A stretch of DNA of 38,903 bases, taken from positions 1-38,903 of IMG/VR virus record IMGVR_UViG_3300017705_000841. One strand, written 5' to 3'. The notes under the pieces are model-generated. The model was not told where the DNA came from and did no database searches. It worked only from the letters and a program-made list of their open reading frames with translations. How positions within the stretch are numbered: position 1 is the first letter of the stretch; every line of letters starts with the position of its first letter. Position numbers and translations under genes: made by a program. Source of the DNA: a virus (taxonomy: Duplodnaviria > Caudoviricetes). Positions 1 to 8,849 of this stretch are shown here, one piece after another.

Positions 1-1788
1 GATAGATGTATCCAGGCTCGAACACAAAGAAATCAATACAACAACAAGCAGTCTAGAGTTTTTATTCGGGTTGGGTGGGCACTTCCCCCAAATGCTGTCG
101 ATTCTCTATACAATGACTACACCAGTGCTAATCCAAGCCTGCCGGGAGATATAAAGAGAATAAAAGAAGCAATCAATCACGCTAAGATTGATTTGTATCT
201 CAACTTAATGGGCCACGATATCACTTACAATCAGGATGGTACGGTTGAACTAGCAATAGACTATCTTGCTGCTGCCGACTCTATTCTAAATGATTTGAAA
301 GCAAATGTTTTTTATTTAGATCCGGACTATAAAACTTTTGTTGAGAAATTGGAGAAAGAAAGACAAGATATTAACAATGAAAAGAGAAAACTTGGCTCTC
401 AAAAGTGCGCTAGAGGGGCAGATTCGATAACAAAAGAAGCCAAAGGAGCCGCCAAAAAAATTAAAGATTTACAAGATAAATTGGATGAAGAGGTTAAAAG
501 TGATAAATACAAAATTTATAACAGCATAATCAATCATCTCAAAAAGAATCGACAAATATACGTTATCAAGGTTAAAAAGGAATTGTTTGTCGCGGAGGGT
601 GATAGAGTGTTAACTGCCGAGGAGAGAAATAAAAAATTACAAGAAAAGTTCACAGCACAGGTTCCGCTGGAGCCTGTAGAATTTTCCGTTTCATATTCGT
701 ATGGCGAAAGTGATAAAGAGGGAATATTTAAAAAGGCTAAACCCACAGTCGATCAAAATGATCCAGACAGAAGACTTATACATTATTTTTTTCTTGGCGA
801 CCTGCTTAATGCGGCCCTGGAGGTCTTATATATGCCAGATTTAAATTTGACTAATCAGGAAGATTTTAAAGTTATAGTCGGGCCACTTTCATATTATAGG
901 GCGCAATGGATCGATGGTGTTGCAACTGGTCAAAGAGAAAGGAAGGTTGTTAATATCGCTGATATTCCAATTTCTTTGGATCTGTTTAATGTGTTTTTTA
1001 CTAGAAGGGTTATATCTGGCCTAATAACAAACTATCCTGTCCAACAACTTCTAAGGGATGTTGTAACTGGACTAATACAGCCAGCACTCGACCAGGCCAT
1101 CCAAGCCTTGGGAGCATTCGGACGCCCTCGGATTAGTTTTCAAACTTTTTCATCGCCAATTGACTTACTTAATATTCAAACAAAAAATCAAAACCAAGTA
1201 GACAAGCAAATCATTGACGAAAATACAAACATTCCAATTCCTTCAAAAATGACAGGCCAAATGAGAGAAGCAGAAAAGTTTTATAACTATTTCTTGATGT
1301 TTGTAAGTTCCGGCGATACCTCATTTTTGGAATCCGAACCAACTGATTCGAACCTAATACCAGAAGACACTGATGCAAAGAAGGGTATTTTCTGGTTAAG
1401 GACGGGAATGGATAAGGGAATGGTAAAGAATATAAACTTTACCAAAATCGATACACCTTTCGCTCGCGAAGCAAGGATGAGGCGATCTGGTTCGGACGCG
1501 ACCACGGAAAGTTTTCTTGATACCTTTACGTTTATTAGAGAAAAATATGAAGCAACAATTGAGCTATTTGGCACACCAAATTTCTTCCCAGGCCACATAA
1601 TATACATTGATCCATTTGGACTCGGAACCGCCAACCCAGATCGAATCAGCGAGGTTTCTCGTTTCTTGGGCTTGGGTGGCTACTATGTTGTGATTTCTGT
1701 AGATTCTTTTGTGGAAAATGGAAGTTTCCAAACTACATTAAAATGTACGTGGACTAGTGATGGAAGCGCGGAGAGGGGAAAATATTAA
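1..1788 (+). CDS. Probable baseplate hub / late control D-like structural protein, 5'-truncated
   Basis: Frame is open from base 1 (DRCIQARTQ...). The C-terminal 'YEATIELFGTPNFFPGHIIYID...LGLGGYYVVISVDSFVENGSFQTTLKC' pattern resembles baseplate hub/gpD C-termini. Confidence 0.55.
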   Translation, partial: DRCIQARTQRNQYNNKQSRVFIRVGWALPPNAVDSLYNDYTSANPSLPGDIKRIKEAINHAKIDLYLNLMGHDITYNQDGTVELAIDYLAAADSILNDLKANVFYLDPDYKTFVEKLEKERQDINNEKRKLGSQKCARGADSITKEAKGAAKKIKDLQDKLDEEVKSDKYKIYNSIINHLKKNRQIYVIKVKKELFVAEGDRVLTAEERNKKLQEKFTAQVPLEPVEFSVSYSYGESDKEGIFKKAKPTVDQNDPDRRLIHYFFLGDLLNAALEVLYMPDLNLTNQEDFKVIVGPLSYYRAQWIDGVATGQRERKVVNIADIPISLDLFNVFFTRRVISGLITNYPVQQLLRDVVTGLIQPALDQAIQALGAFGRPRISFQTFSSPIDLLNIQTKNQNQVDKQIIDENTNIPIPSKMTGQMREAEKFYNYFLMFVSSGDTSFLESEPTDSNLIPEDTDAKKGIFWLRTGMDKGMVKNINFTKIDTPFAREARMRRSGSDATTESFLDTFTFIREKYEATIELFGTPNFFPGHIIYIDPFGLGTANPDRISEVSRFLGLGGYYVVISVDSFVENGSFQTTLKCTWTSDGSAERGKY

Positions 1789-2964
1789 ATGCCTTATTTT
1801 ACTTTTGGAAATAACAATCTAAATGCAAAAGATATCTTCAAAGAGAGGGATCTTTATGATAAGAATGCATACCCAGACGAGATTGGCCCCCGCCCAATAG
1901 ACATTTGGGATAATAAGTATTTGCACGGCAGAGTCGATGAAGATCGGGATTCTGTTTATATTGTAGAAAGAAACCTAAAGCAGATAAGCTCAACAAGTGG
2001 AGATACGCACTTCGCATTAAATTTTGTAGTAGATGCCTTTAGTGACTTTAGGGACTACATTTATGCCGGAATTCAATCTGGTAGGGTGCCGGGCTTCACG
2101 GAAGAAACTCCACAGGCTGCTGAACCATATGTCCTCTTAGACCCTCAAAGAGCTTGGACCTCTATTGATGCAAAATATGAGCAGAAAATGGATCAACTCT
2201 ATATTGAGTTTGCAACCTATCTAGAAAACACGAAACTCGGTAGAAATGTCTTGGACTATAAAACTTTTGAAAATGAATTTTTTAATTTTCTCTTGACAAT
2301 TGTCGCAGAAAATCCTATAACTCGATCTAGTTTTATTGCGTCAAACGAAAACTCTCCCTTGAGTGGAGGACTGATCATCGAGATAATGAAGGGCGACCAT
2401 TCAGACGATTTCAAAAAATTAGCAGACTACATTTATAACAAGAACTTTGAATTCTTTAGGAACTCTGCCGCAAGGTTTGGTCTTGCCGTAGATAAAAATG
2501 CACCTTGGAGATTGGTGACAGATATCCGCAGCGAGCAGATAAAGCCATATCTTCAAAAATATGGAATAAATGACCCCGAGGATATCTTTAAAAAATATTA
2601 TGTAAAATCTTATCTAACCGATATGTTTGTGCTAAAGAATCTATTCTTTATATTCTATAATACATATGTTGCTGCAATACCACAGTTCTCTACACCGGAT
2701 ATTAATACTGATGCAGTTAAAAAAAATAAAAGACAGAGAATCACAAAAGAAGAGTTTGCAAAAGTTACTTCTGATGAACATTGGATGAAGATGTACATCT
2801 CAGTTAGGGCACTAGAAATAGATTGCGATCTAGATAAGAAAGAGGCGTCAGAAATTCTCAATCAAGGAATTATTTTGAAAAAATACCTTGACTCCCCTAC
2901 AGCAATGAGGTATATTAGTAGTGCTTTGAGGAAATGTTCACAAACACAAAAGATCAAAGGCTAA
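1789..2964 (+). CDS. Hypothetical phage protein, possibly structural
   Basis: 391-aa ORF abutting the previous stop; no recognisable catalytic motif. Confidence 0.6.
   Translation: MPYFTFGNNNLNAKDIFKERDLYDKNAYPDEIGPRPIDIWDNKYLHGRVDEDRDSVYIVERNLKQISSTSGDTHFALNFVVDAFSDFRDYIYAGIQSGRVPGFTEETPQAAEPYVLLDPQRAWTSIDAKYEQKMDQLYIEFATYLENTKLGRNVLDYKTFENEFFNFLLTIVAENPITRSSFIASNENSPLSGGLIIEIMKGDHSDDFKKLADYIYNKNFEFFRNSAARFGLAVDKNAPWRLVTDIRSEQIKPYLQKYGINDPEDIFKKYYVKSYLTDMFVLKNLFFIFYNTYVAAIPQFSTPDINTDAVKKNKRQRITKEEFAKVTSDEHWMKMYISVRALEIDCDLDKKEASEILNQGIILKKYLDSPTAMRYISSALRKCSQTQKIKG
2888..2916 (+). promoter_or_regulatory. sigma70-like promoter for the polA-like/tubulin genes
   Basis: TTGACT-17 bp-TATATT about 50 bp upstream of 2968. 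Confidence 0.55.
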
Positions 2965-2967
2965 TCA

Positions 2968-4161
2968 TTGCTCTTCCAAAATTTAGACATCAAAAAAGAG
3001 TGCATCGGTGTTTACCTTGGTGGAGAGATCCACAAGGAGATCCCTTATGACAAACTCACCAAGACTTGGCGTTTCTCCAATCGCTTCAACAACGGCGATA
3101 TAGAATTCGCTCAACTTTTCTGCGAGGGCAAATCCCTCGACGAAGTTTGTCCCGAGGCAACAAGACGACAATGGGACTACATTTCAAATAAAATAAAAGC
3201 CTTCTTCACCTCCTTCTATGAGGCAAAGATCACCCCAGGTGACTACTGTTTCTTTGATCTCATTCCGGAAACATTCCTACTAGAGTACTGCGACACAAAA
3301 AATACCATCACTCAGGCAATTCTTAAGAACTTTGACAAGCCAGCGAACTACGACTTTATGGTGGGACTGCACTCTGCCCTCGAAGACATTTCAGACCACC
3401 CCCTTAATATCAATCACGAAGCTTTAAAGGCGCACCTCGGAAACCCAAAAGCACGTAGCCTTTGGAATTGGTTACAGAACAACCAACCATACATCAAATA
3501 CAATCCATATGGCACTGTCACAGGCCGTTTAACCACCCTAAAAGAAGGGTTTCCTATTCTCACTCTCCACCAAGATCATCGCACGGTTCTTACGCCGTCC
3601 AACGATTTCTTCGTCGAGCTAGACTTTAATGCCGCCGAATTAAGAACCTTTGTTCATCTTTGTGGGAGAGAACAGCCCGAGGAAGATATTCACGACTGGA
3701 ACGCAGAAAATGTCTTTCGCAAGGGCACCACAAGAGATGAGGCAAAGAAGAGAATATTTGCTTGGCTCTATAATCCCAATGCCGTTCATAAATCCGCAGA
3801 AGCAATTTATAACCGAGAGGAGGCAATCAAGAAATATTATAGAGATGGGCTCGTTCACACGCCTTTCGGCAGAAAGATTCCCTGTGATGATAAGAAATGT
3901 TTAAACTATTTAATACAAAGCACAACATCGGACCTCTTTCTGCGAAGAATGATAGCAGTCAACAAGTTTCTCAAAGAGAACGCAACTTCTCATATTGCTT
4001 TTTGCATTCACGATAGTCTTGTGATTGACTTGCGAAAAAGTGAAATCAATTTGATTCCGAGGATAAAGGAAATTTTTTCCTCCACAGATTTTGGAGATTT
4101 CAAGACAAACGTTAAAGCAGGAAGGGATTTTGGTTCCCTAAAGGATTTAGTATGGACGTAA
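2968..4161 (+). CDS. polA: Minimal family A DNA polymerase (polymerase domain only)
   Basis: TVTGRL motif, motif A ELDFNAAELR, motif B RDEAKKRIFAWLY, NYLIQST, motif C IHDSL; no exonuclease domains in 397 aa. Confidence 0.8.
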   Translation: MLFQNLDIKKECIGVYLGGEIHKEIPYDKLTKTWRFSNRFNNGDIEFAQLFCEGKSLDEVCPEATRRQWDYISNKIKAFFTSFYEAKITPGDYCFFDLIPETFLLEYCDTKNTITQAILKNFDKPANYDFMVGLHSALEDISDHPLNINHEALKAHLGNPKARSLWNWLQNNQPYIKYNPYGTVTGRLTTLKEGFPILTLHQDHRTVLTPSNDFFVELDFNAAELRTFVHLCGREQPEEDIHDWNAENVFRKGTTRDEAKKRIFAWLYNPNAVHKSAEAIYNREEAIKKYYRDGLVHTPFGRKIPCDDKKCLNYLIQSTTSDLFLRRMIAVNKFLKENATSHIAFCIHDSLVIDLRKSEINLIPRIKEIFSSTDFGDFKTNVKAGRDFGSLKDLVWT

Positions 4162-4997
4162 TATTTGGACTTGGACAGGCGGGATGCAACATTGCAAAAC
4201 GCTTCGAACAATATTCTCAGTATGATGTCTACAAGATCGACGCTGGACGAAGAGGGAAGAACTGTATTTCAATCCCAAAGAATTCATCACACGAGGCATA
4301 CAATGCAGCGGAGTATCCTAAGTTTGAAGAGATCGCCAAAGAATATGAGGATAGAGATATTCTTTTTGTAATTGGAGGATCAGGGAATATTTCCGGCGCA
4401 TCTTTGAAGATTATAAAACACTTTGACCAATCAAGGGTCAATGTCCTATATGTTTCCTCTGATCCCTCTCTCTTGACAGACATTAGGTTTCTCCAGGATA
4501 GGGCAACTTTCCACATTTTTCAAGAATATGCCCGCTCTGGGATGATTGAGTGCCTTTACCTTGTGTCAAATAAGCAAATTGAAGATATGGTCGGAGGCAT
4601 CCCTGTTAAAAAATACTTTGAAACTATCAATGAATATATTGTCTCTTCGGTTCATATGACGAATATCTTCGACAATACTCAGGCAATCATCAATAATATC
4701 TCACAGGTGTCAGAAATTTGTAGAATTGCCACATTTGGGCTAGTGGAAATGGATTCCGGCACGGAAAGTTTACTTTTTCCTATTGACAACCTTGCAAATA
4801 AGTGCTACCATTATGCTATAGTTGATAAAGACTTGGACGAGGATAAGAATTTGCTTAAGAATATCAAAAAACAGGTTTTATCGCAATCTTCAGATAACAT
4901 TAGAGCTTCATATTCTATTCATTCGTCCAAATATGATCGAAACCTCTGTTATTTAACGGTTTTCACTTCCCAGATACAAAAATACGAAAATATTTAA
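4152..4997 (+). CDS. Divergent tubulin/FtsZ-superfamily protein (PhuZ-like?)
   Basis: N-terminal GLGQAGCNIA nucleotide-binding loop and a degenerate signature loop GGSGNISG; 281 aa. Confidence 0.65.
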   Translation: MDVIFGLGQAGCNIAKRFEQYSQYDVYKIDAGRRGKNCISIPKNSSHEAYNAAEYPKFEEIAKEYEDRDILFVIGGSGNISGASLKIIKHFDQSRVNVLYVSSDPSLLTDIRFLQDRATFHIFQEYARSGMIECLYLVSNKQIEDMVGGIPVKKYFETINEYIVSSVHMTNIFDNTQAIINNISQVSEICRIATFGLVEMDSGTESLLFPIDNLANKCYHYAIVDKDLDEDKNLLKNIKKQVLSQSSDNIRASYSIHSSKYDRNLCYLTVFTSQIQKYENI

Positions 4998-5005
4998 GAA
5001 ACTAC

Positions 5006-5033
5006 TTGACTTTACCCCTTCTTATGCTATAAT
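5006..5033 (+). promoter_or_regulatory. Strong sigma70-like promoter (extended -10) for the SSB gene
   Basis: TTGACT-16 bp-TATAAT with TGn extension; RBS AAGGAG before ATG 5093. Confidence 0.75.
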
Positions 5034-5092
5034 GGCATCAATCGTAACAAGAGGGTCAAGCCAAAGACCCTCCCAAATAAAGGAGAGAAAAT

Positions 5093-5839
5093 ATGGCATT
5101 GGATATGAGCAAAATGAAGGCGAAAATGGATAAGCTCCAAAATCGAGGCGGTGGAGGGAATCGTTCCCAATTCTGGCGTCCCGAAGACGGAGATCAAACA
5201 ATCCGTATTCTGCCTACTTCGGATGGAGATCCTTTTAAGTCATTCTTTTTCCATTACAACCTTGGAAGAAACGCTGGATTTCTCTCTCCAAAGAGGAACT
5301 TTGGTGAGGATGATCCGCTGAATGATTTTGTATCTTCCCTTTTTCAAGAGGGAACAACTGAAAGTGTTGATGTTGCTAAAAAGCTAATGGCAAAGCAACG
5401 CTTCTTTAGTCCTGTCCTCGTCCGAGGTGAAGAAGAAAAGGGTGTGCGAATTTGGGGATATGGCAAGCAGGTGTATGAGCAGCTTCTCAACCTTGTCCTT
5501 AACCCTGAGTATGGCGACATTACCGATGTTAATGCTGGTACCGATCTTCATCTAAATTATGGTAAACCTCCCGGAGCGTCTTTCCCCAAGACGCAACTTA
5601 CTCCTGCTCGTAAAGAGACATCTTTATGTACGGAAATGGGCGAGCAGCAGTGCTCCGAAATGCTCGAAAACATCCCAGAATTTGATAGTCTTTTCGAGCG
5701 CAAGTCGCCTCAAGACGTCCAACGTATGCTAGACGAATATCTTGCATCTGGCAATGCCGAAGAACTTAGTTCCGAAACTGAATATGGAAATAAGGGCAAC
5801 TCTTCCGTTGAAAACGCCTTCAAAGAACTTATGGGATAA
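5093..5839 (+). CDS. T4 gp32-like single-stranded DNA-binding protein
   Basis: FWRP...IRILP...DPF, GVRIWGYGK, YGDITD..AGTD pattern, acidic tail ending AFKELMG; sits directly upstream of recA. Confidence 0.75.
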   Translation: MALDMSKMKAKMDKLQNRGGGGNRSQFWRPEDGDQTIRILPTSDGDPFKSFFFHYNLGRNAGFLSPKRNFGEDDPLNDFVSSLFQEGTTESVDVAKKLMAKQRFFSPVLVRGEEEKGVRIWGYGKQVYEQLLNLVLNPEYGDITDVNAGTDLHLNYGKPPGASFPKTQLTPARKETSLCTEMGEQQCSEMLENIPEFDSLFERKSPQDVQRMLDEYLASGNAEELSSETEYGNKGNSSVENAFKELMG

Positions 5840-5840
5840 A

Positions 5841-5870
5841 AAAGGGGGGTTCGCCCCCCTTCTTTTTTTT
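5841..5870 (+). terminator. Rho-independent terminator
   Basis: AAGGGGGG-TTCG-CCCCCCTT hairpin followed by a T run. Confidence 0.85.
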
Positions 5871-5880
5871 AGGATAACAA

Positions 5881-7023
5881 ATGGCAAAAAAAGCAAAAGT
5901 AGGCAAAGTTTCCTTTGCTGATATGAGAGGTCTTATTAATAAAAAGCACGGGCAAAATATTGCTTATGACCTGACTCAGGAAAACCCAACCGAAGTGACC
6001 GGATGGATTCCCACCGGTTCTAGGTGGCTGGATGCAATCATCAGCCGAGGAAAGTACGCCGGCATTCCTGTTGGAAAGATGACAGAGATTGCTGGATTGG
6101 AATCGACAGGTAAGTCTTTCTTGGCCGCACAGATCGCTGCCAACGCACAAAAGCAGGGGATCAACGTTGTATACTTTGATTCAGAATCAGCTATCGACCC
6201 CGGTTTTTTGGAAAATGCTGGGTGTAACCTTGAAACATTAATTTATATTCAAGCAGAGTCAGTAGAGTTTGTCCTTGAGACAGTTGAGGAGTTTATCGGC
6301 TCGGTCGGAGAGAACCTGCTTTTTATTTGGGACTCTATTGCTCTCACACCCTGCAATTCAGATATAGAGGGCGATTTTAATCCGCAGAGTTCAATGGCGG
6401 TTAAGGCCCGAGTTTTATCCAAGGGACTCCAGAAGTTGACTCTTCCATTGGCAAATGCCAATTCAACGCTGCTTGCGTTAAACCAATTGAAGACCAACAT
6501 CACCAGAAGCGTCTCAGAAGCAATGACAGAGCCCCTAGTAACGCCAGGCGGAAAGTCATTGGCATACGCTTATTCATTGCGTATTTGGCTCACCTCTCGA
6601 AAGGCGAAAAATTCTTTTGTCCTTGATGATAAAGGTTTCCGAGTTGGGTCGGAGGTTAAAGTTACTCTTAAGAAATCTCGCTTCGGATCACAAGGCAGGA
6701 CTTGTACGTTCAGAATTCTTTGGGGAGATTCCGAGAACATTGGTGTTATGGATGAGGAGAGTTGGTTCGACGCTGTTAAACCCTCGGAGCGAATGGTCCA
6801 ACGTGGTGCTTGGTATACCCTTGTTCACCAAGACGGGACGGAAACAAAATTCCAGCCCTCTAGGTGGCTCGAAATGTTGCAAGATGAAAAATTTAAAAAT
6901 AGTGTCTTGCAATTGATCGATGAAGAGGTTATAATGAAGTTCGATGAAAGGATAGGTAGCGCAGAGGACTTCTACGAGGAAGGCGATGAACCGGGATCAG
7001 AGAGCAATCAACCTAGCTATTAA
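5881..7023 (+). CDS. recA: RecA/UvsX-family recombinase
   Basis: IPTGS..LD, Walker A GLESTGKS, YFDSE, IWDS, LNQLK, TPGGK motifs. Confidence 0.92.
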   Translation: MAKKAKVGKVSFADMRGLINKKHGQNIAYDLTQENPTEVTGWIPTGSRWLDAIISRGKYAGIPVGKMTEIAGLESTGKSFLAAQIAANAQKQGINVVYFDSESAIDPGFLENAGCNLETLIYIQAESVEFVLETVEEFIGSVGENLLFIWDSIALTPCNSDIEGDFNPQSSMAVKARVLSKGLQKLTLPLANANSTLLALNQLKTNITRSVSEAMTEPLVTPGGKSLAYAYSLRIWLTSRKAKNSFVLDDKGFRVGSEVKVTLKKSRFGSQGRTCTFRILWGDSENIGVMDEESWFDAVKPSERMVQRGAWYTLVHQDGTETKFQPSRWLEMLQDEKFKNSVLQLIDEEVIMKFDERIGSAEDFYEEGDEPGSESNQPSY

Positions 7024-7372
7024 AGTAGCAAAGACTTCTAACCACAAGAAGGCAAAGCACGGGGCCGTCCTCACAAGGGGCGGCTCCGTTATTAATCTAG
7101 CCACGAACAGTTATAACTATTGTTCCTTCGCATCTCGCTTCAAGCAAGAAGAATGGCAAACTTGCCTGGAACACGCGGAGATTTCCTGCATCAAGGGGTT
7201 AGATAGGTCTGTCACCAAAGGGGCAACGATATATGTTGCGAGGATAAATAAAAATGGTAAATCAGACTTAAGTAAACCTTGCTCTTTGTGTCAAGATGTG
7301 TTAAAATTCGTTGGTGTTAAGAAAGCGGTCTATACAGTTGGTGAAGACGAAATAGGGAGTATGAAGCTGTGA
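6986..7372 (+). CDS. Zn-dependent cytidine/dCMP deaminase-superfamily protein
   Basis: KHGAVL, HAE and SKPCSLC motifs. Confidence 0.8.
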   Translation: MNRDQRAINLAIKVAKTSNHKKAKHGAVLTRGGSVINLATNSYNYCSFASRFKQEEWQTCLEHAEISCIKGLDRSVTKGATIYVARINKNGKSDLSKPCSLCQDVLKFVGVKKAVYTVGEDEIGSMKL

Positions 7373-7887
7373 ATATTTTTGCTATTGAATCTGACAAGCG
7401 AGGCAATGTTGACTGGGAAAAGTCTGCCACGTCACAGGATAATTATCGCGTTGTGAAAATGATTTTGGAAAGTTGTCAAATGCTTTGCACAACGCTCAAC
7501 CACCAGCACGGACACCAGGTTACTCCCTATAAGAATGCTCACCTCAACCACCCTTCAACCAAGTGGGTGCGAGAGTCTTCTGCTAATTTTGAGAGCCTAG
7601 TGAGACACACAATCGCTATGCTTGAGGAGTATACAAAAAGATTTGGAAAAGTACATAAGTGCGCCGCTGTCTTGGATGAGTGCATTGAGATCTATGATGC
7701 CTCGCAGTTCCCCAGTGGTGAGCCTACAAAGCTCCCTCTTGCTATGCCAGAAGAGTACAAGAGTGACAACGTTGTGGAATCATATAGAAGGTACTACGCC
7801 TCAAAGGAAAGGATGCGCTATCCAAAGGATTGCATCCCTTCCTGGTTTGTAGAATATCGTGGAAACCTAAAATTTCAGGTGATATAA
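7369..7887 (+). CDS. Pyrimidine-dimer DNA glycosylase (DenV)-related phage protein
   Basis: MNIF start, VVKMILESCQML, HLNHPSTKWVRES, LAMPEEY...YRRYY pattern. Confidence 0.6.
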   Translation: MNIFAIESDKRGNVDWEKSATSQDNYRVVKMILESCQMLCTTLNHQHGHQVTPYKNAHLNHPSTKWVRESSANFESLVRHTIAMLEEYTKRFGKVHKCAAVLDECIEIYDASQFPSGEPTKLPLAMPEEYKSDNVVESYRRYYASKERMRYPKDCIPSWFVEYRGNLKFQVI

Positions 7888-8849
7888 TGGACAGAGTATT
7901 AATCATTGATGCGATGAATATGTTTTTTCGGAGTTACATTACTAACCCCTCTATTTCTACAAATGGCAATCCCATCGGAGGACTAAAGGGTTTCCTCCAG
8001 TCACTTCAGAAAAATGTGAAAGATGTCAATCCAAATGAGGTTGTTATTTGCTGGGACGGTGGTGGAGGCTCTAAAAAAAGAAAAGCAATGGCCAAAGATT
8101 ATAAAGAGGGCCGCAGCCCAATTCGCTTAAATCGCTCTATTCGGCAAATGACCCGTGAACAGGAGATTGAGAATAAAAACTGGCAGATGACTAGGCTTTT
8201 CTCATATTTAAATGAACTTCCTATCATCCAGCTTGTTTTTGATGATATTGAGGCCGATGATATTATTTCATATGTTGCTCAACACCCTGCCTATGCAGAT
8301 TGGCAGAAGGTCATAGTATCCAGTGATAAAGATTTTTTTCAACTCCTCGACGATAAAACTGTACTTATTCGACCCATCCAGAAAAAGATTATGAATAAGA
8401 ATGGCATCTTGGAAGAATATAAAATTCACCCAAATAATTTTGCTCTCGCCCGCGCTATCGTGGGAGATAAAACAGATAACCTGCAAGGCGTTCCGGGGGT
8501 TGGCCTTCCAACCGTTGCAAAAAGATTTCCCTTTTTGGGGGAGGAGAAGTCATATACAATAAATGATATTGTGAATCATTGCGAGGACAATGAGGAAAAA
8601 AACATAAAAGCATACAAAAACATACTTGACAAGAAGGGTGCTGTTGGTCTAAACTACACACTAATGCAGCTTTACGCTCCACTTATTTCAGCCCAGAGCA
8701 AGAGTAAGATTGACTTTATTATTACTAACTTTGAATATGATTATGGCCTAGCCGCCTTCAAAGAGATGATGATCCAAGATGGATTCGGCCAGTCCTCACT
8801 CGGAAAGCTTTTTGAGACGTGCAACAAGATCACAGGGGAAAACAAATGA
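7887..8849 (+). CDS. 5'-3' exonuclease / flap endonuclease (T4 RNase H-like)
   Basis: IIDAMN, WDG, YKEGR, EADD, SSDKDF, GDKTDNLQGVPGVG (H3TH). Start placed at ATG 7887 (TAATG overlap). Confidence 0.9.
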   Translation: MDRVLIIDAMNMFFRSYITNPSISTNGNPIGGLKGFLQSLQKNVKDVNPNEVVICWDGGGGSKKRKAMAKDYKEGRSPIRLNRSIRQMTREQEIENKNWQMTRLFSYLNELPIIQLVFDDIEADDIISYVAQHPAYADWQKVIVSSDKDFFQLLDDKTVLIRPIQKKIMNKNGILEEYKIHPNNFALARAIVGDKTDNLQGVPGVGLPTVAKRFPFLGEEKSYTINDIVNHCEDNEEKNIKAYKNILDKKGAVGLNYTLMQLYAPLISAQSKSKIDFIITNFEYDYGLAAFKEMMIQDGFGQSSLGKLFETCNKITGENK

